Shown: positions 20,507-32,486, counted from the stretch's first letter. The stretch is DNA of 64,000 bases from an uncultured Pseudomonadota bacterium (GCA_963843375.1 CAWJKT010000009.1:274218-338217); one strand, 5' to 3'. Notes: generated by a model not told the origin, from the letters alone. Numbers and translations: made by a program.

Positions 20507-20962
20507 ATGAAACTCTTGGTCAGGCATAAGGGGATAAAACAGCCCCTGTCCGATGAAGTTCTTCGGAAATATTCCTCCCTTGTTTTAAAAACCGTGAAAG
20601 GCGGGGCTTTTGAAAAAAAAACCGAGCTTTCACTGGTGCTGACCAATGACAGGGAAATGAAGACGCTGAACAAAGCTTATCGAAACAAAGATGAAACCAC
20701 GGATGTCCTTTCCTTTCCCCTTTTGGAGGGGAAAAAAATGAAATCCGGGTTGAAGGAAGCCATTCCCTTGGGGGATGTGGTTATCAGCCTTCCTCAAACC
20801 CGTCGGCAGGCCGCTAATCAGGGCAAGAAATTTAACGAAGAATTGGCCCTTTTGCTCACCCATGGAATTCTCCACCTTTTAGGCTATGATCATGTGACAA
20901 AGGCCCAGGAGAAAAGGATGTTTGGGCTTCAAAAGCGTCTTTTGAAGAAGTGGAAAACCTAA
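20507..20962 (+). CDS. ybeY: rRNA maturation endoribonuclease YbeY
   Basis: TDVLSF, LGDVVIS, HGILHLLGYDH. Confidence 0.95.
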   Translation: MKLLVRHKGIKQPLSDEVLRKYSSLVLKTVKGGAFEKKTELSLVLTNDREMKTLNKAYRNKDETTDVLSFPLLEGKKMKSGLKEAIPLGDVVISLPQTRRQAANQGKKFNEELALLLTHGILHLLGYDHVTKAQEKRMFGLQKRLLKKWKT

Positions 20963-20969
20963 TCCTCGC

Positions 20970-22388
20970 ATGAATACCTACTTTTTATCGCATTTTATCG
21001 TCTTAGGGACGCTGGTCCTCGTTTCCATGTTTTTTTCAGCGGTGGAAACTAGTCTTTTGTCCTTTCCAAGACTTCTTCTGCAGCGAAAAGCCCAGGAACC
21101 GGGCCTATTAGGCAATGCCTTCAAGGAATGGCAGGACCATCCGAATCGCGTCTTGACCGCCATTCTTATCGGCAACAACACCGTTAATATCGCCGCCACG
21201 ACCCTCGTAGCCTATATGGCCATTGATTATGCGGATCTGCGCCATTTCAGCCGAGTGGCCGCCGGAACGGTGGCTTCCATAGCGGTGACTTTTGTCCTTG
21301 TCGTTTTCGGCGAAGCCATCCCCAAAATCACGGGCCGCAGCCATAGTTCCGCCATGGCCAACTGGCTGATCATTCCCATTTACCTTTTTGACCGCCTTTT
21401 AACCCCCGTGACCTGGGCTTTCGGCAAATTTGTGGGGTTGATCCTGCCCCGATTAGGCCAAGCCTCCCTTGTCCAGGTCACGGAAGAGGACGTCAAACAA
21501 TTAATCGAGATGGGCCATAAAGCCGGCACGATTCAGGAAGAAGAGCAAAAAATGATTCACTCCATCTTCAAGTTTTCCGATACCCAGGTGAAGGAAGTCA
21601 TGATTCCCCGAACCGACATGTTTTCGGTGGATATCGCAACGCCCTTGGAAAAACTTTTGGACCAGGTGGTCCAGAACGGTTATTCCCGGGTGCCGGTTTA
21701 TAAGGGGAACTTGGACAATATCGTTGGCATTATTAACACGAGGGATCTGCTTTCCATCTGGAAAAACCACGACCTCATCGTGCTCCAGGACCTGGTTCGC
21801 AAGCCCTATTTCGTTCCCGAATCCATGAGGGTGGACAGGCTGTTAAGAGAGTTCCGCAGGGGTCGCTTTCATTTGGCCATCGTGGTGGATGAATACGGCG
21901 GCACTGCGGGGCTAGTCACTTTAGAGGACTTGGTCGAAGAAATCGTGGGTGAAATTCGGGATGAACATGAAACAGACGAAGAGAAAGCCATCAACCGGAT
22001 AGACGACAGTTCCTGGGTTGTGGAGGCCGACGTGGCTCTTGACGAGGTGAATGAGTCCCTAGGACTCCATTTGACCCCCAAGGGCGAAGTGGCCAGCCTG
22101 GGCGGTTATTTAATGGAAACTCTGGGTAAGATGCCCAAGAAGGGCCGGGTGGTTGAAGACCGGGAGGCGATTTTTAAGATTTTGGAAGCTAGCGAGAAAA
22201 GCGTCGTGAAGGTCAAAGTCACAAAACGGAAAACACCTTTGGCACCGGTGGAAAGTGAAGTTGTGGTATCGGTGACGAAGCCAAAGCGCAAAAAGGCAAA
22301 AGCTCCGGTTCCTGAAAGCTCCATCGTGGAAACGTCTTCCATGGAAAGTCCACGGGAGACGATTGTACCCAATGTGGAGAAGCATTAA
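20970..22388 (+). CDS. CNNM/HlyC-CorC family membrane protein (DUF21, CBS pair, CorC)
   Basis: FFSAVE, FGEAIPK, MIPR, YSRVPVY, VVDEYGGTAGLVTLEDLVEEIVGEI. Confidence 0.93.
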   Translation: MNTYFLSHFIVLGTLVLVSMFFSAVETSLLSFPRLLLQRKAQEPGLLGNAFKEWQDHPNRVLTAILIGNNTVNIAATTLVAYMAIDYADLRHFSRVAAGTVASIAVTFVLVVFGEAIPKITGRSHSSAMANWLIIPIYLFDRLLTPVTWAFGKFVGLILPRLGQASLVQVTEEDVKQLIEMGHKAGTIQEEEQKMIHSIFKFSDTQVKEVMIPRTDMFSVDIATPLEKLLDQVVQNGYSRVPVYKGNLDNIVGIINTRDLLSIWKNHDLIVLQDLVRKPYFVPESMRVDRLLREFRRGRFHLAIVVDEYGGTAGLVTLEDLVEEIVGEIRDEHETDEEKAINRIDDSSWVVEADVALDEVNESLGLHLTPKGEVASLGGYLMETLGKMPKKGRVVEDREAIFKILEASEKSVVKVKVTKRKTPLAPVESEVVVSVTKPKRKKAKAPVPESSIVETSSMESPRETIVPNVEKH

Positions 22389-22685
22389 GGTTTTTTTTCA
22401 ACCGTAATCGGCTACCTTCCCGTTTAAAGGTAAAAAATGGGATTTTTTCCTTGGCCGGAAATTGTTTTTTGGGTTTGAGTAAAGTTATTCGTGAAACCTT
22501 GTGTTAAGGTATGGCAATTGACCTTGAGGGAAGAGAGGGGTTCGGGACTCTAGGAATGAATTCTCTCGACTTTTGAGGCGGTTGGAATAAAATTTTAAAA
22601 CACTTTAGGGTTATCCGGGATGTGAACGCGATTCTTTCGGTTCCCGTCCATAATTTTTAAATTTAATAAGTCCAAGGAGAAAGCC

Positions 22686-23288
22686 ATGATTCAGGATAAG
22701 AGGATTTTATTGTTATTTGCGGCCGGGCTGTTAGTGTCAACTGGAAGTTTATGGGCCGATGCGACCCCTGTTTCAACGACACCCACCGGTGTAGCGACGG
22801 TTGTTGCCGCGCCTGCCAAACATCAAAGCCCGGCTTATGCTGCTATGGTTGCGGCCAATGAATTGGCTGCGGCTGGCAAGACCGACGAGGCCATCGCGGC
22901 CTATGAAAAAATGGGCGTGTTGAAATCCAAGAGCATGGAGGGCTGGAGGCTCAATAACGAAGCCCATGCCTATCTGACCGCCGCCACGCCGGCCCCCGAC
23001 AAGGCCGTGCCATTGTTGGAAAAGGCCACCACCACCGACGACAGCAACTATGTGGCCTGGAATAACTTGGGCAGCGCCTATGAGCAGACTGGCGAACTGG
23101 AAAAGGCGAAGGATGCCTACCAGAAGTCCATTGATGCTGCCAAAGCGGCCAATGCCAGCTCAGCCAAGGCGGAAGGAAACCTGCAAGCCCTTCAGCCCCG
23201 TTTGGACAAGATGGACGCCAAGGATGGCGGATCCAAATCCGATGCGGATGCCGCCACTACTCCCGCTGCGGGAGACAGTAAGAAGTAA
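22686..23288 (+). CDS. Secreted TPR protein
   Basis: Signal peptide; AWNNLGSAY TPR; AAGGAG RBS. Confidence 0.8.
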   Translation: MIQDKRILLLFAAGLLVSTGSLWADATPVSTTPTGVATVVAAPAKHQSPAYAAMVAANELAAAGKTDEAIAAYEKMGVLKSKSMEGWRLNNEAHAYLTAATPAPDKAVPLLEKATTTDDSNYVAWNNLGSAYEQTGELEKAKDAYQKSIDAAKAANASSAKAEGNLQALQPRLDKMDAKDGGSKSDADAATTPAAGDSKK

Positions 23289-23310
23289 AAATTTAAATAT
23301 CAATTCAAAT

Positions 23311-23353
23311 AAAAAAGCCCCGCCAATGTTCGAAACGTGGGCGGGGCTTTTTT
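23311..23353. terminator. Bidirectional intrinsic terminator
   Basis: AAAAAAGCCCCGCC...GGCGGGGCTTTTTT between convergent genes. Confidence 0.85.
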
Positions 23354-24389
23354 ATTGTTTGGCCTGCCTTATGGAAAGGCGGCTGGCCTTTATTTTGGCG
23401 AATTCTCCGGTTGAGGCGTGGGTTTGGCCTTTGAATGTTTGGCCAGCTTTTGCGTCCGGAATGGAAATTCCCATCTGCGCCGCGGCGATACCCATGGTTC
23501 CTTTCATCGGGATGAAATAGACCGGGATATATTTTTTGGAGTGGACCCTGCCCCGCCGGTCCATGCGATAGACATAGAGCACCTGGTTATGCTTAAAGGG
23601 CTGGCCGATGGGAATGATGATGCGGCCGCCGGGTTTGAGCTGTTTGAAGAGAGGCTGGGGCACGAACTGGGCCACGCAGGTAAACATGATGATGTCGAAG
23701 GGCCCTGCCTCTTTCCAGCCGTAATAGCCGTCTCCCACACGGGTGTGGACGTTGTTATAACCCAAGGGTTTGAAAATATGGGACACAGCCTTGCCCAGAG
23801 GGTTGATGATCTCGATGGAATAGGCGTCCTTGGCCACGCGGGAAAGCAGGGAGATGTTGTAGCCGCTGCCGGTCCCGATTTCCAACACCTTGTCCTTGGG
23901 ACCGGGATGGGCCAATTGGGCCATGTAGGCCTGTCCTTCGTAGTCGCTCAAGGCCGAACCCCAGCCCAAGCCCCAGGTCCGGGGCGGGTATTCATAGGCG
24001 AACTTCGATAAATCGACCCCTCCCTGGTAATCGTAATGGAAGTATTCGCGCGGCAGGTCCTCGAAGGCTTTCAACAGCCGGGGATCGGCCCAGCCGAATT
24101 TGCGATATAGGTAGCGGCGGATATCCTTCAGCATCGCCAACTTGCGGTCCTGGAGCCGGTCAAATTCCTTGGCCGTCAGATCGGGTTGTCCGGCCGCTTT
24201 TTTTAAAGGCCTTGAGGAATTTTTTATAGGTCCAGCCCTGCGCGCCCTTTCCTTTCTCCGGGTGGCTTATCGTGGGATTTATCGTGGATGCGTCCGTGGG
24301 GTCTGAGATGGATGTCCTGCGCCACCAAAGGAGCCCGAAAAGCAAAAGAGCCAAACCCAGTAAGAAAAATCAGGGATCTTGAGGTTCAT
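23352..24389 (-). CDS. Protein-L-isoaspartate O-methyltransferase-like protein with hydrophobic N-terminus; frameshifted in the 5' part
   Basis: PREYF, VLEIGTGSGY, YSIEI, GDGYYGW, PFDII, QLKPGGRIIIPIG; N-terminal pieces lie in other frames (24160-24354). Confidence 0.8.
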
Positions 24390-26909
24390 GGGCGTTTCTC
24401 CCGGAATTCTCTGGTTTCGAAGGACCCGACGGAAAGGCTAAATAAGCCAGTCCATAGAGAGCGAAGCTCAGCAAAATCAGCGGGCGGTAACCTTCGGCAA
24501 TGGCCAGAAGGTTGGCCAGAGGCGTGGCCACGACGGAAAAGGCCCCGTTCAAGGCCCAGGCCCAGGGGATCAAACTGCTTTCCCGGGGGAGGCGGCTTAA
24601 TCCCAGCGGAAAGAAAAAGCCGAAGGGGAACGGACGCCAAGGCCGCCCAGACCCCCAGGAAAATACATTTGGCCGGGAAGCGGCCAGGAAAGAAGGCCTC
24701 CCAATGCCCAGTCCAGCAAGCCCAGGCTCAAGAGAAACCAGAGACCAAGGCTATGCCCGCGGGCCGCAGGCCATCCTTGGGCTGGCGCAGGAAAGACTCC
24801 GGAAAACCAGCTTCCCAAACCTGAAAAAACCAGCATGGCGCTGAAGGACCAGGGAAAAGGAGATCGTGCGGTCACCCAGGAAATAAGCTCCTTTTTCGAT
24901 CAAGCACGATTTCAATAAAAAGAAAGCCCAAGCCCCAAGCAGGAAAAATAAACCAAGGTCTTTCCCAGTTGCGGCAGGGGCACGGCGCTTCGGGCGCGCC
25001 CCAGCAAAGGCAGGGCCAAGACCAGCAGGGCCCAAAGCAGGGATTGGGCCAGAACGGCCAGGTTGATGAGATAGCCGATTTCCTCGCGGGGAATCTGGGA
25101 GAGGTTGTTGAGGATTTCCCGCAAGTGGGACGGCCGCAGGATGGAGAAAAAGAAAGGCCTGTCCGGGTGGAGGGCTCCAGGTTGAAGAAATGGGATTTCA
25201 GGAAGTCCTGGCCCTGGCCGGAGAGAAGTTTGAGGCTGTCATCCATCAGGGAATCGCTGGCTTCCTCGGGCGCGGCCACCTGGTCGTTCGTTCCAGCCCA
25301 GACGGTGGGGGGGAGATCGTTGAAAATTTCCAATTCCCCGGGTTTGATGCCGGGATAATAGGAGATATCGAAGGAACGGCTGTCGCAGAAGGATTTGAGC
25401 GAAGTCAGTTGATCCTGGGTCCAGGGGTCTTTGGATCACCAGAAGCCGGACATTCCAGGAGGAGCGGTAAAGGACTAGGTGGGAGGCGGGATCCTGGATG
25501 CCAAGGCTTTGAAGGGCTTCCCGGGCGGTTTCCAGGAGTTTGAGGGCATAGACCGTAAACTCACGGGTGCTGACCGGAAGGGAGACCAGCCCGCCTGGGT
25601 TCAAGGCTTTAAGTAGCTCTGCAAGGCTTCGCGGGTATAAGCGTATTTATTGGCATCGGCCTGACCCAGGAATTCGGAGGAGAGGTCAATGATGTCGAAA
25701 CCCTTTTTTGAACCCGCCAAATAGGATTCGGGAGCCTGGCGCAAAAGGGTGACGTTTGGGTTTTTGAGCCATGAGCCCTCGTTATGGGCCAGGGGTCCCC
25801 GCATGATTCCAGGATATTCGGGTCGCTTTCCAAGGCCACCAGTTCGGAGGCTTTGTAGGCCAGGGCCTCCCCCATCGCGGAAGCCGCCCCGGGTGCCGAT
25901 CAAGAGCGCGCGGCTATTGGGCTTGAGGATATAAGGAAAGATATCCAGGCTGCCCTTGACGTAGGAAAGATCGGTCTTGGAACTCTTGGGAAATGATCCG
26001 ATCCGGTTGCCGTCCAGGTACAGACCATAGGCCAGGGGCGGCCCATCCACCTTCAGTAGGACGTAGTTGTTGGAAAGGTCGATATCCAGGCGTTCGGTGA
26101 AATTATCCAAAAGCATGTAATAGCCCCAGGGGGAGAAAATCCGCTGTTTCACATGGGCATCGGACACGTTCAAGGCGGGGGTGATCATCTTGTATTGGCA
26201 GAAATGGGACTTGTTGAACTTCACGGCGGCCGACCTCGCTTAACAGGAACACCAAGACAACGACCGGCGGACCATTTCCAGGCCTTGGCTTGGAAGCGGG
26301 CGCGGTATTGGGCCGCCAGGGAGGCCAAGGCCCAGAAGGGAAGCAAGGCGCAGAGCAGGTAAAAGGGATTGATCCAGAACATGGCCACCAACAATGCTAG
26401 GGCCCCGAAGCCCGCGCCCACCAGGTCGGCGGCGTAGACCGCTCCGATCTTCTCGTTGGTCAGGGCCAGGAAACTGAGGCTGATATAGAGGCCCGACAGG
26501 AAGAAGACCGGGAAAAGGGCGGCGTAGTATTTGGCGATGTTTTGGAACTGGTCCATCCAAAGATTCGTGTCCTGCAGTTCCAGGGGATTGAAGGGGTTCA
26601 GGGTGACCAGGTAAAAGCCCAGGCAGGCGAGCGGGGGCAAAATAAGCGGAATGAAGAAAAAGAAAGCGGTGGGCCCTGTTGGAAAAAGAAGTTCTTGAAG
26701 AGGCTTAAGGCCACACCGCTGGCGGAATAACCGGCCATGGCGATGGAAATGACCCAGTAGCCATACTCGGACCAGCTGGCGATGGCGAAGTAACGGGTGA
26801 GCATGATCTCAAAACCGATACTGGCCGCGGAAACCGCGAAAAGGGCTACCAGCAATTGGGTGTTTGGCTTGGAAAGCTGGTAGCGGTTCTCAAGGCCTTG
26901 AGTTGACAT
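24370..26909 (-). CDS. Polytopic membrane protein with central spermidine-synthase-like SAM-binding domain; multiple frameshifts
   Basis: AAGGAAGG RBS then MSTQ...FEIMLTRYF; YAADLVGAG; ALLIGTRGG; FDIIDL; YFSCLGLG; PWAWALNGAFSVV fragments occur in order. Confidence 0.75.
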
Positions 26910-26923
26910 TTGTCTATCCTTCC

Positions 26924-29167
26924 TTAAGGACGAGCGGGCGAAGGGCCCGTGGCAGCCGATGTTGGTTGAGGGACTGGATGGAGTTGATCTGTTTTTCGGT
27001 GTTGAGGTGTCAGGCAGTCCTGCCGGGTAAATGGCGGATTGCCGAAGGAAATCCCGAATCACCTCATTGAAATGGTCCGATTCGTCCACGAACAAGGCGT
27101 GGCCTGAATTCTGGAAAAATTCCACCCGCGCCAGGGGATCCACCTGGGTCAAGTAATTGGCTTGAGATGTATATTTGAGAGTGACCGCATAAAGCAAGGG
27201 TACCTGGTTCATGATTTTGAGGCTGGGCTGCCACCTTTCGCCGGGGAAGGCGTTGTTCATCAAGGCCAGGGCGATATCGGTGGGAGGTTTGATGGCTTCG
27301 TCGCCGAGCTTCTTTAAAAAGTCCCCGGGAGGGGGTTTCTTGAACAGACCCCAGACAAAGCTGCGGATGGCCTTGGGCCGGTCGGTATTGAATTGTTCCA
27401 GGAAGCGCGCTTGCGAGGCCGTGGTGGCGGGGCTGGACGCGGCCCCCAGGGCCGAATCCACCAGAACCGCCGCGTAAAGGCGATCGGTTCCGAATTCCCC
27501 CATATAGGCCAGGACCTGGAAGCCTCCGTGGGACCAACCCACCAGGACCACCGAGGTCAATTGAAGGTGGTCCAGAAGCTCCTGGATGTCCCTAGCCTGG
27601 CGCAAAGGTTCATCTCCCTGGGGGGTAATGTCGGACTCGCCTTGGGAACGGGGATCCAAAGCAATGACATGAAAGTCCTGGGAAAGTCCCTCGAATTGGT
27701 ACTTCCAGATTTCGGCGGGCAAAAGCCAGCCGGGAATAAAGACAATGGCTTGGCCTTTGCCTGCCTCCAGGTAGTGGAGCTTTACTTGGTCGCTGGTGGT
27801 AAAAAAACCTTCCTGGACTGGATTTTCACCGGTTTCATTCAGGGTTGGAATGGCTCGGTGGGGCGTTGGAGAGGGTGTTTCGATCGAGGTGGGTTTGGCC
27901 GACCCGTGAATTATTGAGGCCCAAGTTTGCTCTAGTTTAGTAGCAAATGAAGTTGAAGGGGTGGGAGACGCCATCCCTGAAAGCAACGGAGTTTCAATAA
28001 TAGTCGGGGTCATTGGCTGGGTTGTGGGGATGATGAGACTTGGCGAAGCAGTTGCACTAATGCTTAGCTGCGGTGAAGTCAATGGAGCGACCGCGGCCAC
28101 ATGGGTTTCGGTGGAAGTAGCTGAAGCCGTTGGAGTCGGGGAAGCCGTTTCCGGAACCAAAGTCGGGGAAGGGGTAGCTACGGATAAAGGGGTGAAGGTG
28201 GAAAGAGGTGCCGTATTAGAAACGGGGATTGGGGTTAAAGCGGTTTTGAGCGAAGCCGCATGGGACTTGGTCGAGGGCAAGCCCGCCGGATAAAGGGTAG
28301 CCTGGTGCAGGAAATCCCTTATCACCGCGTTGAAATGTTCCGGTTCGTCGGCGAACAAGGCGTGGCCGGAGTGGTCAAAGGTTTCTACCCGCGCCTGGGG
28401 ATCCACCTGTTGGAGATAGGCGGCTTGCGTGGTGAACTTCGCAGTGATGGCGTAAAGAAGCGGTATTTGGCGCAGGGCCCGCAGGCTCGGCTGCCAATTA
28501 TCCCCGGGAATGGTGTTGTCCAATGCTGCCAAGGCGATATTGGTTGGAACATGGGCCGCGGCAAGGGTTAATCTTCTTATAAAAAGCCGTGTCGGGGTGT
28601 TTCTTGAAAAGACTCCAAACATAATTCCGGTTGGCGTTATCCCGGTCGGTTTGAAAACTTTGAAGGAATGGGCTTTGCTGGGTACTGGGGGCGGAAGGGG
28701 CTCCCAGGGGGCTGTCGACCAGGACCAGGGCGTTGAGCTTGTCGTTGCCGAACTGGGCCAGGTAGGCGAGGGTGTCGAAGGCCCCCAAAGCCCAGCCCAC
28801 CAGGACCACCGAGTCCAGATGCAGATAATCGAGAAGTTCGCGGATATCCTTGGAGCGCCTCAGCGGGTCGTTGCCAAGGGCCGTCATGTCGGATTGGCCC
28901 TGGGAACGAGGGTCTAAGGCCACCACGTGATAGTCTTTGGAAAGTTCATGGAATTGCCGTTCCCAGATATCCTCCGGCATCAGCCAACCGGGGATGAATA
29001 GAATGGCTTCCCCCTGGCCCGCATTCCTGAAAGTGAAGTTTCACGTTGTCGCAAGTGGTGAAAAAGCCCTGGCGGGAGTTGTTTTGGGCGAAAGCGGGAA
29101 TGGCCAGCAAGAGCATCAACATTGGAACCGTTTGGGCGATTTTTTTAAGCCGGGCGCCGGAATGCAT
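26924..29167 (-). CDS. Secreted tandem alpha/beta hydrolase (two non-heme haloperoxidase-like domains, Pro/Thr linker); frameshifted
   Basis: Two copies of F(I)PGWL, ALDPRSQG, VLVGWx(L/H)G and SGHALF. The apparent fusion to the next gene is a frameshift artefact; own stop at 26924. Confidence 0.8.
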
Positions 29168-29402
29168 CGAGCTTGTCCCTTTTCGATAGTGGAATGGTTT
29201 GGATGAACGAGATTGACGAAAAAGAGTCTACCATTCAGTATTTGGCATCAGAAAAACCTTTACACCCACAACCAAACAAGGCCTTATTATACTTGAGGCG
29301 TTATTTCATCCGTGAAATCCAACCTGAGACCTTCAGAACGACTGGACCCAATTGAGGTTCACGGGGTGAAATTTGGATGGGAAAAGGGGAAACGTCGAGG
29401 AA

Positions 29403-30158
29403 ATGAATTACTTAGACTGCCATAATCATACCGCTGAATGGTCCGATGGGCGTCAATCCATCGAGCAAATCCTTCAACGGGCAAAGGAAGAAGGCGTCCG
29501 GGTGGGGTTGTCGGACCATGCGGGGCTCGGGGACTATCTTAATTCCAACGACCGGCTTTTAGCCTATTGCGATTTTCTTTCCCAATACCCCGTCGCCCGG
29601 GGATTGGAAATGGACTTGGGCCGCAGTTTCATCGTCGCTGACGAAACCCGCGGGAAGTTCGACTACATGATCGGCAGCATTCATGGCATTACCCTGAATG
29701 GTCTTCGCGTCGGTTTTAGCCCCCTGATCAAATACCTCAAGGGCGGACTCCCGGATTACAATCCCGGCGCCCAAATCAAGGATTGGGACCAGTTTTTCAA
29801 AACCCACTTGGAAGTCCTAAAAAAAGAATTCAGCGAACAAAACTACAGCATTCTGGGCCATTGCACCATGCTGCCCCCGCTCGCCCTAGGCAAACCTGAA
29901 GAGGTTTTTCCAGAATGGTGGGAGGAGGAATTGATCAGCACTTTGATCATGTATAACGTCGCCATGGAAATTTCCAATCGTTGGCTGACGCCTTATGAGC
30001 GCCTCATGAAAAAGGCCGTGGACGCGGGAGTCAAATTTTCAGTGGGATCCGACGGGCACGAGACCCTCAAAACTTGCGTTCTGGATTTCCCTAAAAAAAT
30101 GATCGAGAAGTTCGGGGTGAAGCCCGAGAGGATTTTCGATATTCCCGCGCAAAATTGA
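29403..30158 (+). CDS. PHP-domain phosphoesterase (HisPPase/YcdX-like)
   Basis: DCHNHT, SDH, GSIH, ILGH, GSDGH. Confidence 0.88.
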   Translation: MNYLDCHNHTAEWSDGRQSIEQILQRAKEEGVRVGLSDHAGLGDYLNSNDRLLAYCDFLSQYPVARGLEMDLGRSFIVADETRGKFDYMIGSIHGITLNGLRVGFSPLIKYLKGGLPDYNPGAQIKDWDQFFKTHLEVLKKEFSEQNYSILGHCTMLPPLALGKPEEVFPEWWEEELISTLIMYNVAMEISNRWLTPYERLMKKAVDAGVKFSVGSDGHETLKTCVLDFPKKMIEKFGVKPERIFDIPAQN

Positions 30159-30168
30159 AGCCGCCTGA

Positions 30169-31085
30169 ATGAATTCCGATAAATTTGTTTGCGGCGCGGT
30201 GGCGATTCTGGGAAAGCCCAATGTGGGCAAGTCCACCTTCATGAATAAGGTCCTCGACCAGAAACTTGCGATTGTTTCTCCCGAAACCCCAGACGACCCG
30301 GGGTTCCATGGCGGGGATATTTCAGGATGGTGATTCCCAAATCGTTTTTTACGACACGCCCGGCATCCATCAGCCCCACAACAAACTTTCCCAATATATG
30401 CTGCGCGAGGTGGAGAATGTCCTGGACGGGGCGGACGCGGCCCTTTTTCTTATCGATGCCAAAGAGGGGTTGGGGGACGAGGATTATTTGGTGGCCGAAT
30501 GGTTGAAGAAATTCGAAAAGCCCGTTTTGTGCCTTCTCAATAAGATCGACCAGGTTCCCGAGGGGCAGGGTGCAGGAACTTACGGGAAAGATCAAAGCGG
30601 ATTTGGCGGGGGATTGGCTGCTTTTCCGCATGTCCGCTTTGTCCGGCAAAGGAGTGCCGGAAGTTATCCGTCAGCTTCAGACATTTCTGCCCCACCAACC
30701 AGCCCTTTTCCCTGAGGAGGATTTAACCAATAAGACTCTTCGGGAATTTCCGCTGAAATGATTCGTGAGCAGTGTTTTCTACAATTGCAGCAGGAACTAC
30801 CCTATGGCGTGGCGGTGATGATCGAGCAATTCGACGGAAAAAGCGCCGCCTGAGCCCGTCGTGATCAAGGCGACGATCTATGTTGAGAAAGACAGCCAAA
30901 AAGGAATCGTCATTGGGGCCGGGGGAAAACAGTTAAAGGCCCTGGGGACCGCTGCCCGGCAGGAGATTGAAAAATTGTTGGAACAAAAGGTTTTTTTGGA
31001 GCTTTGGGTGAAGGTCCTGAAGAATTGGCGTAAGGACGAAGATGTCCTCAAAAAATTGGGTTATGCGGTCGGGAATAAAAAATGA
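30169..31085 (+). CDS. era: GTPase Era; about 4 single-base frameshifts
   Basis: [44 protein letters not shown] spread across frames. Confidence 0.92.
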
Positions 31086-32126
31086 AAGCCGAACGCCTCA
31101 AAATCAAGATTGTATGCACCATCGGGCCGGCTTCACGGTCCGAACAAAAGCTTTCGGACCTGATGCGATCCGGAATGGGCATGGCTCGGCTTAACTTTGC
31201 TCATGGAACCTTATCCCAGCACGCCGTGGACATAAAACGCATCCGAAAAGTGGCGAAACGGCAGAAAACCCAATGTCCCATATTGGTGGACCTGCCGGGC
31301 CCCAAAATCCGTGTTGGCCATCTGAAACATGAACCCCTTCATTTGCGTAAAGGTCATGTGGTTCTTTTAACGAGCCGTTCAACAACCCGGTCTTTGGATG
31401 AAATCATTCCCGTGGATTATCCCCAACTCGCTCAGAGCGTCAAAGAGGGGGCGCTTGATTTATCTTAATGACGGCTTTATCCAACTGGCGGTGGAGGCGG
31501 TCGGAGCTTCCGGGGTGAAATGCAAGGTTTTGATCGGGGGAAGCCTGCTTTCCCACAAAGGCCTCAATATTCCAGAAGGTGAACTTTTCGTGGAACCCGT
31601 TACGGAGAAGGATCTCCATTACGTGGATTTTGGTCTGGCCCATGGTATCGACTTGTTTGGGGTTTCTTTCCTGGAAAAAGCCGAGGATATTTTAAAAGTC
31701 AAGGCCTATGCCAAAAAGAAAGGCCGTAAGATCCATACCATCGCCAAAATTGAGCGGGCCGAAGCGGTTCGAAATTTGGATGAAATCTTGAAGGTGACCG
31801 ATATGGTGATGGTAGCCCGGGGTGATTTAGGAGTTCAAATCCCGCTTGAAGAAGTTCCGCTGGTCCAAAAGCGCATTATCCAAAAGGCCCGTCACCGAAA
31901 CGTGCCCGTGATCACAGCCACTCAAATGCTTGAATCCATGGTGCATAACGTCCGTCCCACCCGGGCGGAAGTCAGCGACGTGGCCAACGCCATCCTGGAC
32001 GGAACTAACGCCGTCATGCTTTCGGAAGAGACGGCCATCGGGGAATATCCAGTGGAGACGGTGGAAATGATGGCGAAAATCGCGCGCGCGGTTGAGCGTG
32101 ATTTTTCGAAAACAAGGAGGAAATAA
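31082..32126 (+). CDS. pyk: Pyruvate kinase, short form lacking the C domain; one frameshift near 31447
   Basis: [52 protein letters not shown]. Confidence 0.92.
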
Positions 32127-32474
32127 ATGAGGATTATGGTTTATCAGAAACCCACTTGCACCACCTGCCGGCAGGTTTACCAGGCTTTGAAGGAAAGCGG
32201 GGTGGAAATGGAATCGGTTAATTATTACCTCGAACCTTTATCCGAGGCTAAGTTGAAGGAACTGGTGAAGAAGATGGGCATCAAAGCCTCTGAATTGTTC
32301 CGCAAAAAAGAGGAAATCTATAAAAAGCTGAAACTGGCCGAGAAGGAAGTGTCGGACGAGGAAGCCATCGAGTTGATGATAAAAAACCCGGATTTAATGC
32401 AGCGGCCGATTGTCGAGAAGGGAAACAAGGCCATTTTGGCCCGTCCCGCCGAAAGGTTGAAAGAAATCCTTTAA
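32127..32474 (+). CDS. ArsC/Spx/YffB family thioredoxin-fold protein
   Basis: PTCTTCR, LMQRPIV, ARP. Confidence 0.88.
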   Translation: MRIMVYQKPTCTTCRQVYQALKESGVEMESVNYYLEPLSEAKLKELVKKMGIKASELFRKKEEIYKKLKLAEKEVSDEEAIELMIKNPDLMQRPIVEKGNKAILARPAERLKEIL

Positions 32475-32486
32475 ACCAAGCGGGCT

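Noticed and set aside
22389..22685. Riboswitch or ncRNA in a 300-nt intergenic region
   Set aside because: No recognisable family consensus or compelling structure by eye.
26598..28622. 674-aa hydrolase/membrane-protein fusion ORF
   Set aside because: Frameshift artefact: the hydrolase has a stop at 26924 in another frame, and the next gene has its own RBS and ATG at 26909.
30169..32126. Programmed frameshifting in era or pyk
   Set aside because: Too many indels in both directions, and the neighbouring genes show the same pattern.
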